A stretch of DNA of 64,000 bases from Desulfurococcales archaeon (GCA_027083135.1 JALWQH010000023.1:543-64542); one strand, 5' to 3'; counted from the stretch's first letter, positions 41,670-50,409 are shown. Numbers and translations: made by a program. The notes: generated by a model not told the origin, from the letters alone.

Positions 41670-42685
41670 CCCCCACCCACACTTATAGTCCTAGGAAGCC
41701 CTGGAGCATGGGGAGCTCCGCCTCCATGCATACCCATATAGATGACGCCCAGCACACCCATCACCACTAGGCCTATGATCACTATGATGGGGAGCCACTT
41801 CTTCACCCAGTCGCGCATCCAGTCCTCCTTAACCTTCTCCATAAGGCTAGCCTGCTCAGCATTGATAATCTTCTTCAAGTCTGCTGGGTGGTGGCGCCAC
41901 ACAAGGTAGTCTATGAGGTCGGAGGCCTTGATCGTCACCCCGCCCAGCTTAGCCTCAAGCTCCTCCCTCGACCTGGGAGCAAGCTTCAAGACACGCTCCA
42001 AGTAATCTATCGCGCCCCTGAGCTCCGCCGCAGCCTTCTCTGGATCCTCTATCCTCCTCTGCTTCAACTCCTCTACACTCATATTCATGAGGGCATCAAG
42101 CTCTCCTTGAAGCTCCGCGAGCTGCTTCTCAGCAGCCCCGCGTCCACCCAGCCTCTCAAGCTCCTCCCAAGCCTTAGCAGCAGCGAAGAGGTCGTCAATA
42201 GTCTTAAACCTCTGCCTAAACACGGAGATCGCAGCGGTCATCCTAGGGTCAAGGGTGAACGGGTACTTCATATAGGCCAGCACGGCTCTAACACCCTTAC
42301 CCTTATGAATAGGCATGACGCTCTGACCATCAGCCGCGAACACATACTTCTCCTTGTAGGGCTTCCTAGAAGGAGTTATGAAGTGCCCATCACTCACACC
42401 AGGCATAAGCCTAACCTTACCGTCAGCACCCACAAGCAGGAGGAGGAACCCCGTCCTAGCACTATCAATAACATCAAGGATGAAGCCAGGCATAACCTGC
42501 TCCAACCCCAAGGCCACCGAGACCCCCACCAATCCCCCCAGAGCCAGGAACAAGAGTATAGCAGAGTAGGGAGCCACAAGACTGGCTATGAAGACGCCAA
42601 AACTAGTGGTATTGGCTATCACTCCGAGAGCAAGGAACACCAGGAGAGCCAGGAACCCAGCGAACCCAGGCCTCAAGGCTACCAC
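41666..42685 (-). CDS. Viral membrane protein with coiled coil
   Basis: N-terminal TMs, central coiled coil, C-terminal TM. Confidence 0.75.
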   Translation of the reverse strand: MVALRPGFAGFLALLVFLALGVIANTTSFGVFIASLVAPYSAILLFLALGGLVGVSVALGLEQVMPGFILDVIDSARTGFLLLLVGADGKVRLMPGVSDGHFITPSRKPYKEKYVFAADGQSVMPIHKGKGVRAVLAYMKYPFTLDPRMTAAISVFRQRFKTIDDLFAAAKAWEELERLGGRGAAEKQLAELQGELDALMNMSVEELKQRRIEDPEKAAAELRGAIDYLERVLKLAPRSREELEAKLGGVTIKASDLIDYLVWRHHPADLKKIINAEQASLMEKVKEDWMRDWVKKWLPIIVIIGLVVMGVLGVIYMGMHGGGAPHAPGLPRTISVGGG

Positions 42686-43167
42686 ACCTCCCTCCTACCC
42701 TCAACGTTAACGAGAACGCTCTTCCTGGTCTGCATCACCCTCTCAAACCCCTTGTAGCTCCTCCTAGCCCTAGCATACATCCAGATACGCAGATTCTCAG
42801 CTAGAAGCTGCTTGGCATGGCTCTCCTTAACGAAGTCGTCTAGAGCACCATAGCGGAGAGGCCTGGAAATACTGCTGTTCAAAGCAAGCTCTATCTGAGT
42901 AGCCAGGCTCTCAGTCTTCCAGAACAGCCACCTCATATCAGTCTCAGACAAGTAGCTCAAAGCCATATCCCTAGTAGCAAAAGCCAATACATAGCCCCAC
43001 AATTCCCTAGAAATACGCTCATCCTCCAATAAAGTGTAGAGGTCTCCTGGAAGACTAGGACCACTCTGAGCAAACTGAAGCGCAGCGCTTGCAAGCTCAG
43101 GGCTCACACCAGTAGGCTCCTTCCTAACACCCAGCATTTTGCTGAGAAAGTCAAGCATACCCATCAC
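42679..43167 (-). CDS. Viral protein, first gene of the morphogenesis operon
   Basis: 162 aa, GGTGA RBS, RRSYKGFER motif. Confidence 0.7.
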   Translation of the reverse strand: MMGMLDFLSKMLGVRKEPTGVSPELASAALQFAQSGPSLPGDLYTLLEDERISRELWGYVLAFATRDMALSYLSETDMRWLFWKTESLATQIELALNSSISRPLRYGALDDFVKESHAKQLLAENLRIWMYARARRSYKGFERVMQTRKSVLVNVEGRREVW

Positions 43168-43331
43168 CTATACATATACACACATACATACATGCCCCGC
43201 AGAAAGAGTGCGGAAACCCCCCTCCACTCCAGCCGCAACCTAGAGAATAAGGAAAACCATGATAGAATAATTTAAAAACCCATATAAATACCCCTTTAAA
43301 TACCTCGGAGACCATCAGCCCTTAAATATCC

Positions 43332-43350
43332 GTGTCCATCCCGTGGACAC
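43332..43350. promoter_or_regulatory. Palindrome GTGTCCA-TCCCG-TGGACAC next to AT-rich TAAATA repeats
   Basis: Abuts minus-strand TATTTAAG at 43321-43328. Confidence 0.75.
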
Positions 43351-43523
43351 GATGCATCCACACACAGGGCTTCCAGGAACCCGTAGAGATACTGAGGAAG
43401 AGAATAAGAAGGAGGGATCATCCGCTCTAGGCGGATTCCTGCCGCCGTGCGGCTCCACATCCCCGCCCAGGCTCTCCAACCATATAGTAGAACATGTTCC
43501 TTCTTATCTTAATTGCCTCTCTT

Positions 43524-44042
43524 TTAGCCTGCTAGTCTTAGGAGGAGCTCCTCGGCAGCACGCTTCTGAGTGTAGCTTAGAATGTAGTCCAGCTTCTTAT
43601 GCCCCGTGAGCTTAGCTATCAGTTGGGCTGAAACCCCTCTCTCCGCTAGTTGCGAGATGAAAGCATACCTCAAGGCATGCGTGTTAAAGCCCAGGGCTTT
43701 CCTCGTCCACGACTTTATCCTGGAGACCACCGTGTCTAAGCCGTGGACACGCAGTCCAGCAACAGCGAGGCGCTCACCCCTCCCAAGCTCCCTCGGAACA
43801 ACAACCAGCCTCTCATAGGGATCCCGCCTCTTCCGGACCCTCACCCTCAGCTTCCTCCTACCCGTCTCAGCCCACTTGAAGGCGGCCTCCACGGCCTCGC
43901 TTATCCTAAGCCCATTGGAGAGCTGTATCAACAATATACTGATATATGCACGAGCCACAGGCCTGGCATCCCTAAGCCTACCAACCAAATCCCTCCTAAC
44001 AACATTGTAGTCCAACCCCTTATCCCACGCATACAAACCCAT
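43524..44042 (-). CDS. Mini tyrosine recombinase (catalytic domain only)
   Basis: NGLRISEA, THALRY, TGH, LSYTQ catalytic residues in 172 aa. Confidence 0.88.
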   Translation of the reverse strand: MGLYAWDKGLDYNVVRRDLVGRLRDARPVARAYISILLIQLSNGLRISEAVEAAFKWAETGRRKLRVRVRKRRDPYERLVVVPRELGRGERLAVAGLRVHGLDTVVSRIKSWTRKALGFNTHALRYAFISQLAERGVSAQLIAKLTGHKKLDYILSYTQKRAAEELLLRLAG

Positions 44043-44182
44043 AGGAGTTCACCCCACAGGAGGTATGCGGAGAAAAGATGAACCCCTAAGTAGGCCTGGA
44101 GTTCACCTTTAGGCCCAAACATAAACTAATAACCTTTTGAAGACATCAAAGAGGTATCAACGAGTAGTATACTGAAAAATTT

Positions 44183-44863
44183 CTATTTCCATTGCAAGGT
44201 GGGTGCTATTCTCCTGGCTACATCATCCATATGGCTTAATATTTCTTCTTCAAGTTTTCTATAACCTTTGTAAGGTCTTAATGATAAGTCTGCAAGCTCA
44301 ATAGCACCGAAAAATAGTGAAGATGACCTTACCGTTTCATCAAGTAAGACAAGGACATGTTGGGGAGAAGCCCTGGGCCCTTTTAAAGGAAGATGTAAAC
44401 CAGGAATAGAAACCTTTTGAGAAAATTTAAGAATAGCATATGCGGCAAGCTCCATTAGAACTCCTGATAAATATGTAGCAGAACTCTTTGAAAATATAAA
44501 AACAGGGATATCCGCTCTCTGAAAAGAGTATATGCTTCTGAGGAAGTTCTTTTCATTTTCTGAAAGGTTTCTTAAAAGATTTTTATCTAAATCCAAATAA
44601 TCGTCTGAGAGTTCCTTAACTAGATAAACTCTTTTATATCCTTTATCTATTAGCATTCCTTTCACTTTTTCCAGCAGCTTAATGCCCTGAGGGTCATCTG
44701 TTTTATAGGAGCCGTATAATATTATAGTATACTCCTCCCTTATTGTATCTAAGCCTTTATCAATAATAGCATGTGAAGCAACGGCGTTTTGTCCTACATC
44801 CTCATAACCCTGCTTATTCGCTGCTGCATGTTCAGAGGCATTAGATAGCTCGTCATGCCTCAT
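44183..44863 (-). CDS. Low-GC cargo protein, possible nucleoside deoxyribosyltransferase/TIR-like fold
   Basis: IILYGSY...ADIPVFIF...SGVLMELAAY pattern. Confidence 0.5.
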   Translation of the reverse strand: MRHDELSNASEHAAANKQGYEDVGQNAVASHAIIDKGLDTIREEYTIILYGSYKTDDPQGIKLLEKVKGMLIDKGYKRVYLVKELSDDYLDLDKNLLRNLSENEKNFLRSIYSFQRADIPVFIFSKSSATYLSGVLMELAAYAILKFSQKVSIPGLHLPLKGPRASPQHVLVLLDETVRSSSLFFGAIELADLSLRPYKGYRKLEEEILSHMDDVARRIAPTLQWK

Positions 44864-44978
44864 TGCATGATCGAAGCCACAACAAGTATTTTATAGTAAG
44901 TTATTTTAATTTTTCTCAAGTGGACTTGGAGGAAGACTTTAATACAGATACTCCTCAAAATTTTTTGAGGAGGTAGAA

Positions 44979-45446
44979 ATGTGGAGAGTAAAAAACCTGT
45001 TTCATCCCATGTTAAGAAGAGCCTTAAAGGCCTTAGATAACGAGAAAAGGCAGCTAATACTAAGCTATATAATAGAGGAGGGGCCTGCAAGTCCGAGCGA
45101 TATGGCAAAGGCTCTCGGTATGCGTGACAACAAGCTAGCATACCATATACGGCAGCTAGTGATAGGGAACATAATCGAAGGAAAAGTAAGAAGGGGGAAA
45201 GTAATATATAGACTAAAGCCCTTCGGCATAGATCTGCTAAACAACATTTTCAAAGCACTAATACCCCCTTCCTTAAGGACACCTTCAGAAAAAAGACACA
45301 AACTAATAAAAGACTATGAATTCGAGCTGCCTCGTTTTGAAATAGATTGGGAGGCAATAGAGAGAAAAATGCTAGCCTACCAAGATATAAAAGCAAACGA
45401 GCCTTTAACCCTACATCTGGAGGAGGCGATGATATATGAACACTAA
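44979..45446 (+). CDS. ArsR-like winged-helix regulator
   Basis: KALDNEKRQLIL...SDMAKALG...LAYHIRQL. Confidence 0.85.
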   Translation: MWRVKNLFHPMLRRALKALDNEKRQLILSYIIEEGPASPSDMAKALGMRDNKLAYHIRQLVIGNIIEGKVRRGKVIYRLKPFGIDLLNNIFKALIPPSLRTPSEKRHKLIKDYEFELPRFEIDWEAIERKMLAYQDIKANEPLTLHLEEAMIYEH

Positions 45447-45825
45447 TATAGGAAGTAACCTTAAAGAAGTTCTAGAACAAGCAAAGAAAGCTGAGAATCC
45501 TAAATTACGACTAGCATATATTAGCCATATACTGGGCACGTTCCATTCTCGGTGGCTGTATCTAAATGATCCCAATAGCTACTTGGCCATCCATTGCTTA
45601 GCCCCTGCTTATAATAGGCTATCCGAAATAATAGGAAAAACAGAAGATATCCAGGTAAGAGGCCTAGCTGGACAAAAATTCGAAAAAATAATGGAAATTA
45701 TTGAAAAAACTATAAAAATAATTGAAGAGGGAGATGCAACGCTAGAGAAACTTGCAAAGCTATATGTTGAAGAACTTATACCTGTAGAGCGAGACCTAAT
45801 AATATTAGCAAGGTCTTTAGAGTAA
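45436..45825 (+). CDS. Hypothetical helical protein coupled to the ArsR gene
   Basis: GGAGG RBS, overlap with the upstream gene. Confidence 0.7.
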   Translation: MNTNIGSNLKEVLEQAKKAENPKLRLAYISHILGTFHSRWLYLNDPNSYLAIHCLAPAYNRLSEIIGKTEDIQVRGLAGQKFEKIMEIIEKTIKIIEEGDATLEKLAKLYVEELIPVERDLIILARSLE

Positions 45826-45846
45826 AATATAATAAGTTATTTTTTA

Positions 45847-46112
45847 TCATATCAGATAATAACTTGGTTTTACCCTTTTAACCATAAAATGCCTGTAGAA
45901 GCACGAGGTTTCGGTTGTGCCCGCCAGGCCCTCAAGCCTCTCAACAACCCTCTCCAGCAAGGCCCTAAGGGGAACGCGCTCACCCCTAAGCCACCGGCTC
46001 AAACTACTAACACTGACACCACTAAGCCTGGCAACATCCCTCAAGCTGAAGCCCAAGCCCTCCAACAAGCCCACAAGCTCCCTAAACCTAGCCAGCAAGA
46101 CCTCAACCCTCA
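45847..46112 (-). CDS. XRE-family HTH protein (3' part of listed ORF 45847-46488; start approximate)
   Basis: GFSLRDVARLSGVSVSSLSRWLRGERVP. Confidence 0.75.
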
Positions 46113-46264
46113 ATGTTGCCACTCCGGCAACACCCCCACAAAAAAGACTAAACCAAAACAACACAAAACAAACAACAACCACCCAACCACACGAGACAAG
46201 TACAGGAAAAACGCTATTCAAAAAGCTAGTACAGAATATAATAAACATGGGAGGATAGGCAAAC

Positions 46265-47140
46265 ATGATTTCACAGGCAGTACTAGGAATTATAACGGTA
46301 CTAATACAGGCATTAATCGGCGTAGCATCCGTATGGTATATGAGGAAGCAAGCCGAGGAAACAGCCAAACTAGCGAGAGAAACAATCAAGGTCTCTGAAA
46401 GGGAGACAGTTATCGAGCTTCTAGCATGCCTTATAGAACCCCTAAAAGAAATGATAGGCAATGAAAGGCATGGAATGCTTAGGAGCATTAGGCAATCCCC
46501 AGCCGCTTATATTCCCGATCCCCGCCTACCAGAGGACAGCATTCTCTATATAACGAACTTTGACGAAACAACAAGAACAAGGTTGAAGAAGCGCCTAGAA
46601 AAATACCTCCGTAAATATGAAATGCTTAAAGACTGGAATAAGTACCGCAGGAAATACGAAGAAGAAGCAAAAAAGATACAGGAACTCAACTCAGAGCTGT
46701 CAAGAATAGTCCGGGAAGCAATCCTTGGAAATGAAAGATACTATGAGCTTGCAAAAGAGGAAGCAGGAAAAGAAATAAGCAGGAGCATAAGCCCAGAAGA
46801 ATATAACAAGCTAGTAGAGCAGCGAGTACGGGAATACATCGAGCCAGAAAAACTGCTCCCAGTCATAAAGAAGGCTTTAGAACTGCCACCAGAAAAATAC
46901 GATCACAGCGGCATATGGCATAATGTACAGCTCCGACAATTACTCCAACAAACACTCCAAGAAAAAGAAGCAAAAAAAGTACTAGAACAAAAACAGAGAA
47001 CCGCAGCCGAGCTAGAACAAACACTAGAAAAAATGCTAGAAAAAATAGAAGAGCTATTAGATAAACTAGATGAATATAATATCCCACAATATGAAATAGA
47101 AAAATGCCCCCTACCAGAAAAACCCAGAGTATCTTGGTAA
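46265..47140 (+). CDS. N-terminally anchored coiled-coil cargo protein
   Basis: One TM followed by Glu/Lys-rich helices; GGAGG RBS; A-rich DNA; opposite strand to neighbours. Confidence 0.8.
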   Translation: MISQAVLGIITVLIQALIGVASVWYMRKQAEETAKLARETIKVSERETVIELLACLIEPLKEMIGNERHGMLRSIRQSPAAYIPDPRLPEDSILYITNFDETTRTRLKKRLEKYLRKYEMLKDWNKYRRKYEEEAKKIQELNSELSRIVREAILGNERYYELAKEEAGKEISRSISPEEYNKLVEQRVREYIEPEKLLPVIKKALELPPEKYDHSGIWHNVQLRQLLQQTLQEKEAKKVLEQKQRTAAELEQTLEKMLEKIEELLDKLDEYNIPQYEIEKCPLPEKPRVSW

Positions 47141-47252
47141 GCCCAAGAAACCCATCCCCCATAAAATATAGCAACACAAAACCACCTAACATACCATGCA
47201 ACACCAGCTCTCCACCACACAAGACAACCCTGACGACCCCGCGGCTGTCACT

Positions 47253-48251
47253 TTAACGTGTGTTTAGGCGTGAGAGCTCGCGGTATGCTATTTCTGAGAC
47301 CATGCTTGTGAAGGACTCGTATCTGGATAGCCATTCTGGCTTCTGGTCTGGTGAGGCGATTAGGCCTTCTGGCCTCCATAATCGGTGCTCGAATCTTATG
47401 ACTCCTGGCCTCGGGCTATATACTACGGTCATCCTCCATCCCAGGCCTCTTAGCCTCTGTGTGACGCCTGTGTCAACGTGGTAGTCGTTGTGTAGTTCTA
47501 CCTGGTCGACGGGCCACGTCTTGCCTAGTAGGTGGGCCCTGAACAATGCCTCGCTCAGCAGCTTGGGTTCCCCATCCCTCTCCTTACTCACTATCTGCAT
47601 GCCTGAGACCCTCATGTTGTGAACCAGTACCTCCCTGGAGTCTAGGGAGACGTAGAAGCGTAAACGGTATAGGCCTAGTACCTTCTCCCCTGATACTAGG
47701 AGGGTTGAGGGCATGTATTCTATTAGGCCTCTCCTTCTAAGCCTCTTAAGGGCCTCGAATAAGGCCTGCCTGGTGTAGAGGTATCTGAGGAGCCTGAGCT
47801 TGTTTCTTATGGCTGATATGGTCCACCAGGATCCAGGCTGCTCGCTCATAACGTCCAGTATGAGGCGCTGGGTTCTGCCGAGCCTGCCAATGCTATTCGT
47901 CAACGGCTGCGTGACACTGTCAACGGGTTTGGGTGTCACGTTCCGTCCCACCAGCCTGGAGCCACCATCAGAGCCATCGCTCCCATCACTACCGTCAACG
48001 CTGCGTGTCACTTTAACATGCGTTAACAGTGAGAGGTACTTCTTATAGAGCCTCTCAACCCTCTTATAATGCATTCCCAGAGCCTTGCCTATCCTCCTAT
48101 AACCCAAGCCACGCTCACGGAGCCTATGGATCTCGCGGGCAAGCTCAAGATCCCCGCGGACATGGGCTGAGGGAACCGTGTCCACAGGATGGACACGATT
48201 GCTATGGGCCCTGGGCCCCCCGCGAACACCCGGGGAGCCCAGGGCACCCAA
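47253..48251 (-). CDS. HTH/wHTH protein, replication initiator candidate
   Basis: GLGYRRIGKALG HTH, second wHTH, internal DNA repeats, last gene of the early operon. Confidence 0.55.
   Translation of the reverse strand: MGALGSPGVRGGPRAHSNRVHPVDTVPSAHVRGDLELAREIHRLRERGLGYRRIGKALGMHYKRVERLYKKYLSLLTHVKVTRSVDGSDGSDGSDGGSRLVGRNVTPKPVDSVTQPLTNSIGRLGRTQRLILDVMSEQPGSWWTISAIRNKLRLLRYLYTRQALFEALKRLRRRGLIEYMPSTLLVSGEKVLGLYRLRFYVSLDSREVLVHNMRVSGMQIVSKERDGEPKLLSEALFRAHLLGKTWPVDQVELHNDYHVDTGVTQRLRGLGWRMTVVYSPRPGVIRFEHRLWRPEGLIASPDQKPEWLSRYESFTSMVSEIAYRELSRLNTR
48178..48196. promoter_or_regulatory. Palindrome GTGTCCA-CAGGA-TGGACAC in the 5' end of the Rep-like gene
   Basis: Same motif as 40286, 43332 and 43732. 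Confidence 0.7.
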
Positions 48252-48257
48252 GCATCA

Positions 48258-48419
48258 TCACCCCTTAGGAGAAGGCCTCTTAGAGGCAGCCAGGTTAGCC
48301 CTAGCCGTATCAGAAAGACAGCTATTCACAATGCAGTCCAGCATCTCCTTGGCTTCAGGGTTATGCTCATCGCAGTACTTGATGCAGAGAGCCTTGATGA
48401 CGTAGGCACTGCTATTCAT
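48258..48419 (-). CDS. 53-aa Cys-containing protein (not in ORF track)
   Basis: MNSSAYVIKALCIKYCDEHNPEAKEMLDCIVNSCLSD...; fills the operon gap. Confidence 0.55.
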   Translation of the reverse strand: MNSSAYVIKALCIKYCDEHNPEAKEMLDCIVNSCLSDTARANLAASKRPSPKG

Positions 48420-48685
48420 CATCTCCATACAGGCTCAGCCTCCTCACGCTTATAGCCGAGTTCACGGAAACGCCTAAGGATGGTTTCAGGGCTGGTAAGC
48501 CTCCTCAGAATCCTCAGGGGGATGAAGGGGAGAGGAGCATTATCACAGTACCTCCAGTAAAAATAGGTGGGGACGCTTCTAGGCTCCTCAGCCAGGTAGG
48601 GGAAGCGGCGGACAAGCTCATCCACACATCTCCTAACACGCTCAAAAGCCTCAGGATTCCTAGCCATCACTATTCCCCCACGCAT
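48419..48685 (-). CDS. Small viral protein
   Basis: LTSPETILRRFREL HTH-like segment; operon packing. Confidence 0.65.
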   Translation of the reverse strand: MRGGIVMARNPEAFERVRRCVDELVRRFPYLAEEPRSVPTYFYWRYCDNAPLPFIPLRILRRLTSPETILRRFRELGYKREEAEPVWR

Positions 48686-48914
48686 CCCTTAGCTGAGGGT
48701 AGAAGTCCACGAGCGTTGTGCTCGGAGAAGCCAGCTTCTTGTTCCTGAAGCCCCAGCAGCGGCCCACATAGTGGGTGACAGGTCTCTCAAACCTCCTGCA
48801 CCATCCCAGGCACCTCTCACCCCGCCTAGCCGCCAGTATCTCACATTCTTCTAGCTGCTCAGCATCCATGCCCCCACGCCCTACGAAGAAAACACACTTC
48901 CTGCAATCAGCCAC
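48660..48914 (-). CDS. Small Cys-rich (Zn-binding) viral protein
   Basis: CRKC, CLGWC and C motifs. Confidence 0.65.
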   Translation of the reverse strand: MADCRKCVFFVGRGGMDAEQLEECEILAARRGERCLGWCRRFERPVTHYVGRCWGFRNKKLASPSTTLVDFYPQLRDAWGNSDG

Positions 48915-49491
48915 TATTCTCCACCCCTGCTGGAATGTATTTTAGGAGAGTCAGGGTCTTCGCCTTGGTCTCAGCCCACCTGGAGGCTCCCCTGCTATAT
49001 GCTCTGAAGATGACCACGTTGTCCCTGGTGCTTATGATCCCTACTCCAGCCTTGACGGCTTCTTCGGCCAGATCGTGGCCAGCCATCCATGTCAGAATAT
49101 CGTTGACGGGTAGGTTAATGGCGGCATAGACGTAGTCTGCTAGGGGGCGGCGCTCCAATGCCTGCTCAAACACCTTTCCCAAGTCGCTTTCCTTCAGCTC
49201 CACTATGATGCTCTTCTGGCGGCCCTCTGGATGCCCCATGCAGCCCGTATCCTGGCATTTGATCAGCAGGTCGACCTCATGCCCCCCAACCCTAACATGC
49301 TGGCCAACATCGATCCACACACACGCTCCACCACAATGCGTGTCAAGCACCCTTCTAAGCCAAAACGCTAGAATCACCATGTCCTCCTCCTTAAACCTCG
49401 TCACGGCGCCCACCACCTCCAAGCCTCTCCAAGCATCTCCTCTCAGCCTGCTCCAAGCACCTGTCAAGCCGCTCCCACTCCTTGGCTTCAA
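48907..49491 (-). CDS. PD-(D/E)XK nuclease / resolvase-like protein (true start probably near 49404)
   Basis: EVDLLIK...IIVELKE...FEQA...DYVYAA. Confidence 0.65.
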   Translation of the reverse strand: MKPRSGSGLTGAWSRLRGDAWRGLEVVGAVTRFKEEDMVILAFWLRRVLDTHCGGACVWIDVGQHVRVGGHEVDLLIKCQDTGCMGHPEGRQKSIIVELKESDLGKVFEQALERRPLADYVYAAINLPVNDILTWMAGHDLAEEAVKAGVGIISTRDNVVIFRAYSRGASRWAETKAKTLTLLKYIPAGVENSG

Positions 49492-49600
49492 AAAGAGGGG
49501 CGCATTTGGCGTCCTCCTCCCCTATGCATCTCCAGAACTCCCTGCTATGCATCCAAGGCTCAGCCATAACTATCCCCTCCTGGCGAAGAGGATAGGTCAT
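49391..49600 (-). CDS. Small viral protein
   Basis: Operon packing, Cys-containing. Confidence 0.5.
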   Translation of the reverse strand: MTYPLRQEGIVMAEPWMHSREFWRCIGEEDAKCAPLFEAKEWERLDRCLEQAERRCLERLGGGGRRDEV

Positions 49601-49601
49601 C

Positions 49602-49802
49602 TCAGGATCCCCTCAGGGCTCTTGCCAGCCGCCTAGCCGCATCTTCTTCCCTCTCAGGCACTAGGAGCCAGAGACAGCTAGGATCGCCTGGCTGCCACAG
49701 CATGAGGCTCCAGCCCCTAGCATACAGCCTCATAGCCAGCTCAAAGTCCACCTCATCCACCACGCACTTCTCCCCATTACCCCCACTCATACAGGCATCC
49801 AC
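49602..49802 (-). CDS. Small viral protein
   Basis: Operon packing. Confidence 0.5.
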   Translation of the reverse strand: MDACMSGGNGEKCVVDEVDFELAMRLYARGWSLMLWQPGDPSCLWLLVPEREEDAARRLARALRGS

Positions 49803-50005
49803 TCCGAATCCTCTATCGGGTCTCCGCCAGGGCCTAGGCGGGCCCTAAGAGCCAGGAAGAGGATGAGGGCCTCCCTGATCGCCTCACTCCTACTCATACT
49901 CCTCCTGGCGGCATACCTGTCAAGCCTCTCCAAGATTTCGTCAGGCATCTTGAAGGCCACTATTCTCTGCCTCCTGCTTCGATAACGCTCACTGTAGAGA
50001 GCCAC
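49787..50005 (-). CDS. CopG/RHH DNA-binding protein
   Basis: IVAFKMPDEILERLDRYA...SRSEAIREAL. Confidence 0.88.
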   Translation of the reverse strand: MALYSERYRSRRQRIVAFKMPDEILERLDRYAARRSMSRSEAIREALILFLALRARLGPGGDPIEDSEWMPV

Positions 50006-50008
50006 GAC

Positions 50009-50194
50009 TCATCCCTGCTCGGATTGTTTCTGCTCCGCGATGATCTGTATTAGAGCCCCAATGTAGTACTGTGTGAGCCTATCCTCAAGCTCGCCTATCG
50101 CCTTCCTACACCTATCCTCATCCCCGCCGAGATTCTCAATGCATATCCGCATCAGCTTCCGCCTAAAACTAGGCTTAAACAACCCAGCCATCAC
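50009..50194 (-). CDS. Small viral protein
   Basis: RBS and translational coupling. Confidence 0.55.
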   Translation of the reverse strand: MMAGLFKPSFRRKLMRICIENLGGDEDRCRKAIGELEDRLTQYYIGALIQIIAEQKQSEQG

Positions 50195-50403
50195 TCCTCA
50201 CCCTCCTCTCTGCACAGCTTTCTCCTAAGGCTCCAGACCTCGTGCTCAGGGAACATTGCTAGTCCTCCTGGCAGGATGAGGGGTAGCCTGCGTCCATCCC
50301 TATGCCTGAGCACCACGATGTCCATGTCGGGAGCCTTGAACACTCCAGCCACCCTCCAGCCACAGGGCTCGAGGTTCAGCCTCAGGATATGGAGAGAGAC
50401 CAT
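50191..50403 (-). CDS. Small viral protein
   Basis: RBS and translational coupling. Confidence 0.55.
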   Translation of the reverse strand: MVSLHILRLNLEPCGWRVAGVFKAPDMDIVVLRHRDGRRLPLILPGGLAMFPEHEVWSLRRKLCREEGEE

Positions 50404-50409
50404 GATTAC

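Noticed and set aside
43169-43193. TACA/CA microsatellite-like tract upstream of the morphogenesis operon
   Set aside because: Short and imperfect; nothing supports phase variation.
29731-44081. Long plus-strand ORFs across the virion module (e.g. 36106-36708, 40091-40753, 41888-42757)
   Set aside because: They are antisense shadows of tightly packed minus-strand genes with RBSs; their Pro/Leu/His-rich composition reflects codon bias.
45889-46488. ORFs 45889-46398 and 45917-46258, and the N-terminal half of 45847-46488
   Set aside because: They derive from a low-complexity A/C tract; only the XRE HTH portion looks protein-like.
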